This document shows, piece after piece, positions 12,301 to 24,300 of a DNA stretch of 64,000 nucleotides. The notes under the pieces are model-generated. The model saw only the letters and a program-made list of their open reading frames with translations, ran no database searches and was not told where the DNA came from. The translations under genes and the position numbers were made by a program. Origin of the DNA: Macrostomum hystrix (Eukaryota; Animalia; Platyhelminthes); assembly GCA_950097015.1 (NCBI GenBank), contig CATNEN010000008.1, forward strand, positions 434,001 through 498,000. The letters run 5' to 3'. Positions within the stretch are counted from its first letter, which is position 1. Each line of letters opens with the position of its first letter.

Positions 12301-15300
12301 TGGATATTATGCCCAGCTAGCTAGCTATTGATTACTGGCTGATATCTTAAATTGGCTTAGCTAGGTCTAGCTCGAGAGTGAAGATAAATTTATTATATAC
12401 AACTAGGGCCTAATGCAAGTTGTTTATCCCTGAGAGTTATGAATATTATATAAAACTAACGGTACAATATTTCTGTGCTCTATCTTTTGTTGTAACTTAT
12501 AAGTTGCATATACTCTTCCTCATTTATTGTGTAAATACTTGAATTTTGGCACAACGAGCTATTTAAATGCATTCTTAATTTGCAAAGGATACTAGAAACT
12601 GGAAATTATTATTATTATTCATTTGAATAGTATAGGACAGGGCCTAGTTTAAAAAAAGCTGAATGGCAAGCTTAAAGGATCTGTAAATAAGTGGTAAGTT
12701 CAGTAAAATGTGTAAATTTGTCATTAAATTTTCTTTGACAATTTTATGCAAATTATACAATACAATAAGACTATGCTGAAGCCCAGGTTCGCAATTTTCT
12801 GTGTTGGTTTGGCAACGTAGGCATGCATGTTGGCCAGTCTTTGTATGGTCTGAGCATGAAACTAATAAATGCGAAAAAGCAAAAAACATTTAACATTCAA
12901 TAATGAACTAAATTATGATTTATGCTTTGCTGTATGAGTTTTAGCATGCCTTTTGTTTAAACCGTTTCGGCGATAATTTAAAATTGGTTGGATTATCACG
13001 TGGTGGCACCCGAATGGCATCGATATTTAATCGGGAGGAAAGGTAAAACTTTCTTACGATTAGATCGGTCAGATTGCATGCCAAATGCCACGATGGCAGG
13101 TCATTCTTCCGATTAAAAGCCAACTCTATTGAAAACCATTGGGCAATTATTTATAACTGTTTATAACAGTATTTATATTTCTATATGTGTTTCTATATGT
13201 GTTAAAGTTGTGTTCTTTCGACAGCTATTCCGATAATGTTCTTTGTTTCAGAATATTACCAATGACCAATATTTTATTATTGAATATTATATTCAAACAG
13301 TTATAAATACAGCTATAAGCAGTTATAAATAATTGCCCACTGGTTTTCAATAGAGTTAGCTTTTAATCGAAGAATGACCTGCCATCGAGGGCATTTGGCA
13401 TGCAATCTGACCGATCTAATCGTAAGAAAGTTTTACCTTTTCTTCCGATTAAATCGATGCCATTCGGGTGGGATATCACACTGTAACTGACACTAATAAA
13501 AACTCTAATGCACATGGTTTAAAAGAAGGCAACTGCTGCCTTTTAAAAATAATGCTTATTTGCTTTTATTAAGCATGAAATGTGATGAGCGACATGGCTT
13601 ACGGGCTACAAATCATTTGACCAAGGAAGACTACTAGATCAGTTTAGGAATCATGGTAACGTGTTAATAAACTTATTAATAATGAAGGATTTAGGATAAC
13701 TAGACTAGTAAAACGATTTTTCTACCGGTTCTTGTATTTGAAAACTTTGGCCATCGAGCGAAATGAAATGGCAAGATGGAATATCAACGAGGTCAAAATT
13801 AGAATCAAACAAAAATTACATTAAAAAATCTGCGTAAAACATCTATATTTGATTATTTGCGAGCGGTGTGTCTTTCCCTAACTAAATTTTACTTTAATGC
13901 TTTTTCACGTATAACTTTATACCCAAAGCATGCAGACTCATATTTATTGTCTTAGAGATTTATTTTGACAACATGGCCCACACTTATGAAACTTGTTGGA
14001 AGCAAAAATCTTGACTTGCGAATTCCTTCTACGATAAAAAATGCCGTCTACTTGCATAAATAATTAGCTTAAGGAACAATTTATACTGTTCGAAAAAGTA
14101 GTTTGCAAATCTTACCCTCCTGAACCACAGTAATATCGCTCAGAAATCCAACGTTTGAGTTGGCCGCGTCGCCGGTCACAAAAACCTGCGTGGAGCCCTT
14201 CGTGCCGCTGATGATTGGCGGAATCTGGCCTCCGCCAGCACCGTCCACCGGATTTGTAAAGGCCACATCGTCCAAGCTGACTGTAAAGCTGCTGCCGCTA
14301 GCAAAGAAATTGTCGCCTACCATCTCGAAGGAGATCAGGCGGCTGCTCTGGCCTTCGGCAAACTGCAATGAGCCGCTGCTCTCGCGCAAATACAACCGGT
14401 CAGCCAGCTTCTGATCATAGCTGGCCTTGACAGACACCGTGATGGCATTGAATAGGCCCATCTCTCGGGTAACATTCACCTAAAAAGTTTGTTTGTATAT
14501 AGTCAATCTGAGTTTAAATCCAATAATTTGTTTTCATGGTCGACTCTTAGCCAGCTAGTTGGCAATTTTACTCATTCCGCTGAGCACACTCGCATACAGG
14601 TTTATACACCTTACTTTATCATCGTCAGGTAAGTGTACACTCTCACTGTGCATTGGGGGTAATTTGCACGACAAGCGCTTCAAATGAATGTCGCCTTGCC
14701 GTGGATTCGAGCTCAGTGTCTTGTATGGGTGTCCCGGAGTATACAACTTATGGATTATTAGACGGATCTATAATAGTCCAACTTCAGTTAATGTCCATGT
14801 ATAAGACTGTACACAAAACTCTATTTATCGAATAAGGAAATTAATTGGGCTTCTAAATTTCGCTTGAACTGGATAATGCAATCTTGTATAATACTCGTTT
14901 TCAGGTAGATCTAATTATTTACACAGTCTAGCTCCGAAAATTTTCATGTTCGGAATTGCTCAATTTCCTTTAATGTTCAGATTGAGAATGCATTATCAAA
15001 TTAGATTTATATAATATTTTACTAAAACTCTCTGATGCACAAGCTGGCACTCACCTGTACTCGCCGAACAAACGTGATGGGATCGGCAACCACCTTCTGG
15101 TCCGCAGCGTTTAGCGCGAACACTCCGCGCGGATTGTCGTTCTGCGGTATGCGGAAGCTGGCATTGCCGCAGGCGCCGTCAATGTCGGCGCCGCCCTGCA
15201 CGTCGTACATCTGGACGATGTAGTTCTCATCTAGCTCCGGCTTGTCATCTGGCAAGATGGTCAGCTGGATGCTGATCTCGTTAACACCGTCGGCGAAGTT

Positions 15301-18300
15301 CAGGATGCCCTCTCTCGGTTTAAAGTCTGGCGTATCGTCGTACGGTCCCAGAACGCGCCATTTCACCTGTGGGGTTTGAATAACGCTGAGAGAGATCAGC
15401 AAGTAGCTAAAGCCTGCGGACTTGGGGCGAGAATGGATTATTAAGAAATGGCACTTTATCACAGTTAACCCAGATGTGAAGCCAGTGTCATCCGTAGCCA
15501 TTGCGCGGCTCATTGAAATACAGCGTACAGCTGTTCAGTCCATAGATTAGCGAGCCGATTTCCACCCCAGCTTATGCTCGCACCATCTCACAGCTAGGTA
15601 AACTGAAGCCATAGGAAATTACGAGTCCCATTCGAGGATAAAAATTGTTTCCCTTTGGGCAAAAATCTAACAACTGGACTACAACTTGTGGAAGTTAGCA
15701 GTACAATCTACCTACATTACCTACCTAAGCTTCTACGAGTATTTTCGAAACCGATCTCTCGAGAAACAAAAAAGCCTAGAAAACAAGTGACCAAGGGGTA
15801 AACATTCAGGCCAGACTAGCCAGGCTACAACAAATAGCTAGTTAACTCACACTGACTGCACCCAAGAAGCCTTGAGTTCTTCGCACCGGGAACAGGACAT
15901 TGTAGGCGAGACCCATGCTCGGCGTTGGCTCGATCAACTCCCGAACTGAGCCGGTACAGTCCAGGAATCCCAGGATGCCGTTTGGAAAGCCGTACTTTTG
16001 CACCTGAGTCAGTTAATTGCGGGTTGGTTGGGATTTTGATTGAAGTGCACGCTTTCCACGCGATATATTTCTGATTAAGATGGACGATCTTCTTAATTCT
16101 AGATAGACCCTTTATAAAAGCAAAGGAAATTAAGAACAAATGACTTGCTTCGGTAGCCTTCCCATAAAAATCTACATTTTGCTGTTTCTATGAGCAGCAA
16201 TGACAAACAATTTGGGAAAATAAAATACATTAAAAGGTTTTTGATTTGACGAGAGCCTAGGTATAGGTTAATTGAGACGGAAGAGTGCTAGGGTACAGGA
16301 AATTGAATACTTTAAGACTAATCATTTGCAAGTGATCGCAGGATAAGGCCGTGCACGGATGAAATTAGTTGAAAATACTGAAGATAGAAGCCCATTAAAA
16401 AATAACATGGAATGAAGAGCGAGTTGCTGTGTTAAGCTTTTCTTACAACTCATACAGGTGGAGAGTTTGTGATACTCTGCATGCTGCAAGCGGCACGTGT
16501 AAGATCTAAAGTCACACACACAATTCGCAAGATATCGCTGATGAGCTCTTGGAAAGTAAAAATAATAATTATTAAGATTCGTTTCTTTGAAAAATCTACT
16601 GTGAACCTTCATCAGACTTAATTAACTCTTCACATCTAGTTATCAAATATTAAAGTACATTTGTAGGAGCTAGATTAAACCACTTTTCAACAGAATTCGA
16701 AGACGCAAGGTAAAGCATTGACCATACTCACAGTGATTGACACGTTATTAGCGTTGGGATTAATCTCCCCATTTCCAGCGCTAGCAGGGAAGCTTGTCGG
16801 ATTATAGGTGACGATCCAGAAGGTCTTCTGCACCTCCCACGATTCGCCGCGTTTCTTCACCAGCAGGCGAAGCGACTTTAGACCGGCCTCGTTGTTGGCC
16901 CACGTCAGGGAGCCCTGAGTCTTCTCGGTGCCCGAGCTGTCTAGTGCAGCAATGTCCCCGGTATAGCTCAGCAATGTCGTCTGACTGTTGGGGCCTGCAG
17001 GTAATTCGGGTCAAAGATCTCAGAATCTTTGTATGAAATATACAATAATCCCACAAATACTTGGGTGTCTCGGATGAGTTCGAAGTTGAGATGTGGGGCG
17101 GTAACAGCTTTGACTCTACGCCCTTGACGCTCTTGAGCAAATTTAGCTAGTGCGCCCTTAAGGGTCAACTCCCGAAGGCACAGGAGATTTTATGAGTGTG
17201 TGCCTGCGTGCATATTCAAGTGCGCTGTGTGCTCAGGGGTCACTGAGAAGGCAGACCGCCCAGCGGGTACTGACAGCTGTGGGATGAGAGGAATTTAATG
17301 TAAAAGTACAAATTAGCTGTCGATTAAAACTAACCGAAGATCTGCCAGTAGATAGTCTGCTGACCAATCAGACCGCCGGTGCGGCTAACGAAAACGTCTA
17401 TGGTCAAATCTGAGACAGGATTCTCCACAGTGCGGGTCAGAGAACCCGACGTGAAGCCGAACTGGCCGTTAGGGAAGTCGCTCTTCCGAATCACGACCAG
17501 GCTGGTGAGCCGGGAGCCGAGAATCGCGCCACCCTCTGCAATGGGATTAAAAAGCTTCAACTTAATATTGCATCAAAACAGAATGAAACCCCAACCTGAA
17601 GCCCGGAAATGTCATCAGTTAATTTGTGGTTAACACAAATATGCTCAAAGCTATTGGTTGGATTTATAGGTAAAAACCGAGTGAATCTTTCGAATCGTCT
17701 TCAAAAAGCCTGGTTAATTAATCTAGCGAAACCTTACAGAGTGAGGCATGTGATAAGGCTTCTCAGATCAGATGTTCACTAGAATACTGACAAGCTAAAA
17801 TTTAATTAGATTTCCTGCTAGGCAGTGAGATGATAGTAAATTCCTAAATGAATGGCTTGCTGACATTCAGATATCGAAAATAAATTTCGGCGTAGTGTTC
17901 ATACTATCGGAATTTTGTTGCTAACCCAGGGTTATTCAATAGATCGACGCTTCACTTGAGAACTCGGTTGGAAAAAAAGAATCCAGCAAGTCTGATTGGT
18001 GACTATTTTCCTATTTGCGTCATCAAATGGAACACATTTTTAGAAGTGTTTTGATTCGTCTACCAATAGGCTTTCTCGAGCTCCTCAACACCAGGAGCAG
18101 TTTATTTGATGGAGGCATTTTTTCTATGCTTGCTGGCTCGGAAGTGGAACATAATAAAAGAACCAGGTCTCTGTGAATTACTCGATACATTGTTCAGTAT
18201 ACATTTGATTGAAACAGAGACACATGAAGTCCATCAGGATCTCAGGTACGCATGGGTACTCGTATCGGAAATCCTTTTTTTATTCGAAAAAGACGACCAG

Positions 18301-21300
18301 CAGAAGTTTATGATTATTATTGTACTAATATCATGAGTTGCAATGGAATCCAATGGGTCAGAAACTTAAGGACGAAATTTATCATTCGACAAACTGCTCA
18401 GTTCTAAAGTTCTGCTAACGATTAAAAGTACAGCTCAACTTGTCTAAACAGATGTTCCACGAGCAAGCCTACGCGTGGGCAGCTATGAAACCGCAGCAGC
18501 CAACGACAACGTCGACGATGCACTCTCAACGTCGCTGGACATTCGCCTTCGCTCGGTGGAGGAGCGCTTGGAGACCGAGCAGCATGACCGCGAGGTGACT
18601 GGCGTCTTTGAGTTTCTAGCAACCGAGAGTCGGCGAGGAATTTCGTATTACTACCTGCGGCTGGCTCTGATCCTCCTGCTGCCGGTGTCCCTGGCGGTCG
18701 GATTCCTCAGCCAGCAGCTGGCCGACGCCTCGCAGAGTCTCACCGGCCAGCGTGAACTGGCTGCAGCGAGAAGTCGAGTGGCCGCCGCCTCTCAGGCCGC
18801 TCTGGCGCTCGGCGCCGAGATGTGGACCGGCACTCGGCTGCTGATGGAGCCCGGCAGAGCCGCCGCTGCTGCTCGGTTCGATCTGGCTCTGGCCTCAACC
18901 GCTTCACTGTCAATAACGACGGCTGTGCTGGACTGGCGGGCCATGCTGAGAAATATGACAGCACCTGCCGCTACGTTGGAGCCTCAGACGCAGCAGCAGA
19001 TTGTGCCAAGGCTAATTTCAGACTATGCTGTGGCCGCCGATGCTGCCTATTTAGGTGCGACCACTGTAGGCCAGCCAGTCAGTAGGGATGAGCAGTGGCA
19101 GCAGCTGGCCTCCAATGCCTACCTGACGCAGTACCTGCTGTGCCAGCAGCAGTTTTACTCGCTGGCATTCGCGATGCTACATGGCAACTGTCGAATTTCC
19201 TGGGGCGTTCTGCACCGCCTTAACGGACAGGCGGGCGCCGGGGCCCGCGGTGCGTCTCGCTACAATCGCAACGTGGAAAAGTTGTTCTCTTCGTTTCAAT
19301 CGGCTACTACGCCGGCAGTAGCGGCTCTGACAGCGATGACGCAGCGCCTCTTGCAGACGGAGCGGATTATCAACGTCGCGGCCTGCCAAGCAGGCGGCAA
19401 CGCCACCACAGATGCGGAAGCGGCTGACTTTGCCTACCTGGCAGATCTCTGGCTAGCAGCTGTTCATAGTCAGCTAGATAATCTAGGCAGTCAGTTGGAT
19501 TCTGTCCTCTCTAGCGATGCGTCCAACGGTGGCGTCAGGCTGGCCGCAATCTGCGTGGGGCTGCCGATGCTGCTGACGGCATGCGCGGGCATCGCAGTGT
19601 TCTATGGCAGGCAGCTAAGGTGCAGCCGCGAGGACCGCATCGGACTGGGCGAGCTCATCATCGACAAGCGGAACGAGATGTTCGCTCAGCAGGTGTGACA
19701 GGATCGCAACTATTTTGGTCGTCCCTTTGACGCACAGTTCTGCGTGTCGTCTCAGGCATAGCAACAGAAAGCAAACAGGAGCAAAGAGACCTTGCATAGA
19801 GCCGATAGACTAGGTTCTAATTATTTTCTCCGGAATATTTGCCAGCTGCCTCTTCTGTCAGCAAATCTGTTCTGGCTTGAATAACATTTTTCATTAATGA
19901 AATTCCTGATGCTACCTTGTCATTTGAGTCAGGATGCCAGATAATTGCATTTGTTCTCATTTGCTCATGAGAAATCTGTAGACAATTAGTGGGGCTAGTC
20001 AGATCAAATTGGGCGAAGGCTCCTTATGAGTTCACCTGCCAGATCAAAATGTAGATGATCTATTTATATAGGAAACATTGAACATTTTATTACAATCTAA
20101 CACCGATCCCTCCCTCCGCCTTCCGTTCCCCAGACGCGAGCCCTCGACCTCATCCACATGATGCTGCCAAAGCAGGTGGCAAAGATTCTGCGCGAAGGTG
20201 GCAGTCCGGAGCCGAAGGAGTTCGAGCACGCGACCGTGTACTTTAGCTCTGTGTCCAACTTTAAGTACATTGTGAGCCGGAGCAGACCAATTGAGATTAT
20301 GGTCTTCCTAAACTACATTTATGGGTGAGTGGACTCTTAAATAAAGTAAATTTAGCCATTCAGTCAAACAAAATGTGCAACCAAGGCAGACTTCACTTGA
20401 CTGTAGAGTATTATTGATTATATAGCTAATTATTACATTTCTGAACAAATATGGATTAGCCATAGAGGCTTATACAGAACAATGTCAGTTGTCTTCTTTA
20501 CCAGGGTCTTCGGCAAGATTGGTTTTTGTAGTGTCCAATCGGCGCTCGCTGATTGGGTGTAAACACCCACCCCAGGCACCCACCCCAGGCACCCACCCCA
20601 GGCACCCACCCCTCCGCTTTTAGCTGGGTTGTATTTCAGCCGGCACCCGCGTGCTGCCCAGCCTTGTCTCTTCGCGCTGCGTGGTGTGAAATTTTTTCTT
20701 TTTCCTTGCTTCCTTTTTTTTCTTGCTTTTGCCTTTTTGTGTGCATTTTGAATACTTCCTTTGAAACAATTTATCTGCAAATATATCGTATGTGGGCCAT
20801 AGACGGTGCCCTTCCCTCGTTCGCTCTCTGCTGTGTCGCATCTGCTGTCTCTGTCTGCCTTCGTGCCTGGGAGTGTGGTGTTTACTGTTAAACAAAAAAA
20901 TTTCTTTCAACGTTTCGAAATTTCAACATTTTGATATTTCTGGTTTGCCAAAGCGCCCCCTTTACAGGCCTGTGAATGACCAGCTGTGATCTGTAGATCC
21001 CAGAGTCATTTGCTGTCAGATCAATTCAACTGATATACGTGATACACGGAAGAGCCTATACAGAGTTTAAGTTGCTTGACTGCCGCGAAATTTCAGCATT
21101 TTCGACGCCAAGATCGACAAGTACCAGGTGTACAAAGTGGAGACAATCACAGACACCTACATGGTGGTGAGCGGCGTGCCGATTGGCAACGGTCTGCTTC
21201 ACGTCACGGAGATTGCGAAGATGAGCCTGGACCTAATGAACTCAGCCAAGGAGATTTACATTGAGCACCTACCGGAGGAGCAGATCCTGCTCAAGATCGG

Positions 21301-24300
21301 CATTCACACAGGTGTGACATTTTTCGAGCTCCAGGGATGATTTAGGAAAAGGTGTCATCATAAATTTTTACTTTGAAAGGCGAGCGGATGAGGTCACTGT
21401 CTGACAGGTGAGCGGATGAGGTCATTGTCTGACAGGTGAGCGGATGAGGTCACTGTCTGACAGGTGAGCGGATGAGGTCATTGTCTCACAGGTGAGCGGA
21501 TGAGGTCATTGTCTGACAGGTGAGCGGATGAGGTCATTGTCTGACAGGTGAGCGGATGAGGTCACTGTCTGACTGTTATGTTTTCATCTCCACCACTAGA
21601 CAATTATCGAATGGGACCTCAGCGTAAAGTTCATCACACCTAAGCAAATGAAATTCATTCTATTGATAGGTCAACGTCTACTTACTTGTTTGCTATCAGA
21701 ATTTATTCTCTCAGGATATAATTTTTTATTTAGGTAAAAAATAGAATATAAACCTAAACAAGAATTTCATCAAAAAAATTTTCTCTTTTAATATTTTTGC
21801 TTTCGGGTGAAGTTAATCCCAGGCCAGCAAGCCCTACTACTGGCTATTGTTCCGCAGACTAAATCCAGCTTAACCCGCAATATCCCATCCCCCAAGGCTC
21901 GGTGGTTGCCGGCATCATGGGCCACAAAAATCCGCGCTACTGCCTGTTTGGCGACACGGTCAACACCGCGTCAAGGATGTGCACCCACGGAGAAGGTCAG
22001 TGCGCTCTCGCCACCCTTTTGTTAGTTTTTTTGTGAAAATCAATAATAACTTAGTAGTTTTGAACCCAAAAGTACATTCAAAACTTTGAAGCGTTGCTAA
22101 AAATAGCTTGACCTATGTACGTGTATTTACAGAATGTTTATACAACTTGAGTGCGTCCATAGACTGGTCTCGCGTGTTGCTCAATTGTGTGTTGTCCTGC
22201 ACTCCGTAGAGCAGGAAACGCACCTTCAAGGTACCTCTCGCGGCTGAGTTAAGGATGCTCCTGGGAGTTCAGGCCAAAGATCGTTAGAAAAGCTAGACTA
22301 ACGAAGTTACGAGCTACTATGGTAGAAATAGTATAGTACACACACGCAGGTGTTTCAAAAGTTCACTTCGTTCCGGAATAATCTTATAGTCTCGTGTACT
22401 TTATGATTATTAGTCTCAGTTTGTATGGCTATCTGCTACAATAGCAAATTGATTTTGCTTGGTACATTAACAATGCGCGTGTTCAAATCAATAACCAAGT
22501 TGAGCAGCTGGGGTTTCTCATTCACCGACACGTTTTCAAGCACGCCTCCTCCCGCCATAACACAGACACGAAGATACACGTGAGCGCCGAGACCGCTGAG
22601 CTCTTAATTGCCGAGAAGTTCTACCTCAGACAACGAGGCCAGGTGCACATCAAGGTTGGTTCACAAAGAATGTGCTCTTAGCAAGCTGGATCTCGCATGG
22701 TGTTTAACAATTGTTTGCCTCATTCCAGGGCAAAGGCGAGCTCACGACCTACTGGTTGCTAGGCGAATCATTGCCAAAGAAGAAGGCAAATGTGCACATT
22801 GTCACAGAGCCTGAATTTATCTAAAACTATTGTCTGACATTGTTGCCTGACAGTACAGTACAAGGAGTGCGTATTTATTTCATTGTCTATAGTATTTTTT
22901 ATTAATTCTAATGAAAATCTTTATCTTGAAAAAGCCAAGACTTACAAGTTGTTCACTTGTTACGCAATTGACTTTTTCAGATCTACCTTAAATTCTAGTG
23001 CCTGTAGCAGCCCTCGTACAATAGCTGCGGCTATTGCACCGCTATGGCACGTCTAATGCACAACAAAAATACACAATTTAAGCCGTTTCAGCCGTCCAAA
23101 TTACTTGTTTCTGTTCCTTTCCCTCCTTGTTTCGTTGATCACACAGTGCACTGAATGCTAGGTTTTGAATCTGCTTTCTTTTTTATGTTGTATGAAACCG
23201 CAATTCATGTGGGGGATGATGGAGGGATGGCTTGGTGTCTTTACGCCCAAGTCACAGTGAGAGTGAACGCTGCCAAAGTCCGGTCAGAGCGTGTGTGTGC
23301 TCAGGAGTCGGGCAGATGGGAGCGTGCTGAACGCCATTTCAAGTATTCTACTAGCCGAACGATGAAGAGGATCGGGTTCTGAAGGCCATCCACCTGGCCA
23401 GCGGTAATAGGTCTCCTTCCAAATTTGTAAAGCGCAGGTCAATCTGATTGAATTGCCGAATCTACTGCCCATTACACCTAATCCCAGATTAGTGAACAGG
23501 GAAATTCACACGCTCAATTAGCGCATTTGCTAATCTCAAATTTATGCTTCAAAGCCCTATGAGCACTTGAAAGGGCATTTTGTTAGATTCTCTTCTCTTT
23601 TTTCTGCCTAGGAAAAAGGCCTGAGGTTCGCTAGATTGCCCCCAGAGAGCAGTGCAATTCCCACGTAGCTCTATCCAGCTTCCTCATTCATTCAGGACAG
23701 ACAAAACATGCTAATGAATTTTGCCATCAGAATTCGAGAATTCCACTGCCTCTAATCAATTTGAAACAAAAAATGTTTGGACTAGCAAGAAAATGCTGGC
23801 TGGATTTTCATTGCATTCGGAAATTCAATTAATTGCACATTGTTGATCTCAGGTCTCAGTTAATTAAAGAAGCCTCGGTCTCAGGCTTCAACTCCTTCGC
23901 TCACTTCGCACACTCACCTGGCGAGGTCAGGGTTATCTGGAACTGCTCGTCAAACTCGGGAATGTCGTCGTCGACAATCGTGACATTGATGGTCTGGTCC
24001 GTCTGACCGTTCTCAAAGACCACAGGCTGGTCCAGCAGCACATAGTCCACAGCAGCGGTGGCCGTGAGGTTCCTGCTGGTGTAGCGGCAGGAGACACGGC
24101 CGTAGCTGCCCGGAGCTCGCGTCACGGGAACCCGGGCGATGCCGACAGACTCGTCAACTTCAAAGACTGCCGCCGCCGGTGTGAACTGGATGACGCCCTC
24201 CGCTTGGTCGTTCTTGTCGATCACGACCCGCTGCTCAGAGTTGGCGCCCAGAGCCGGAGCTTGGTCTGTCTCAGAGCTGATGTTGCTGAAACCGGAAAGC

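Noticed and set aside
23155-23472. Overlapping ORFs downstream of the cyclase as an extra gene or exon
   Set aside because: The region contains a diverged SINE A body (TTTACGCCC...CACAGTGAGAGTG...GTGTGCTCAGGAGTC). Both flanking genes are complete without it.
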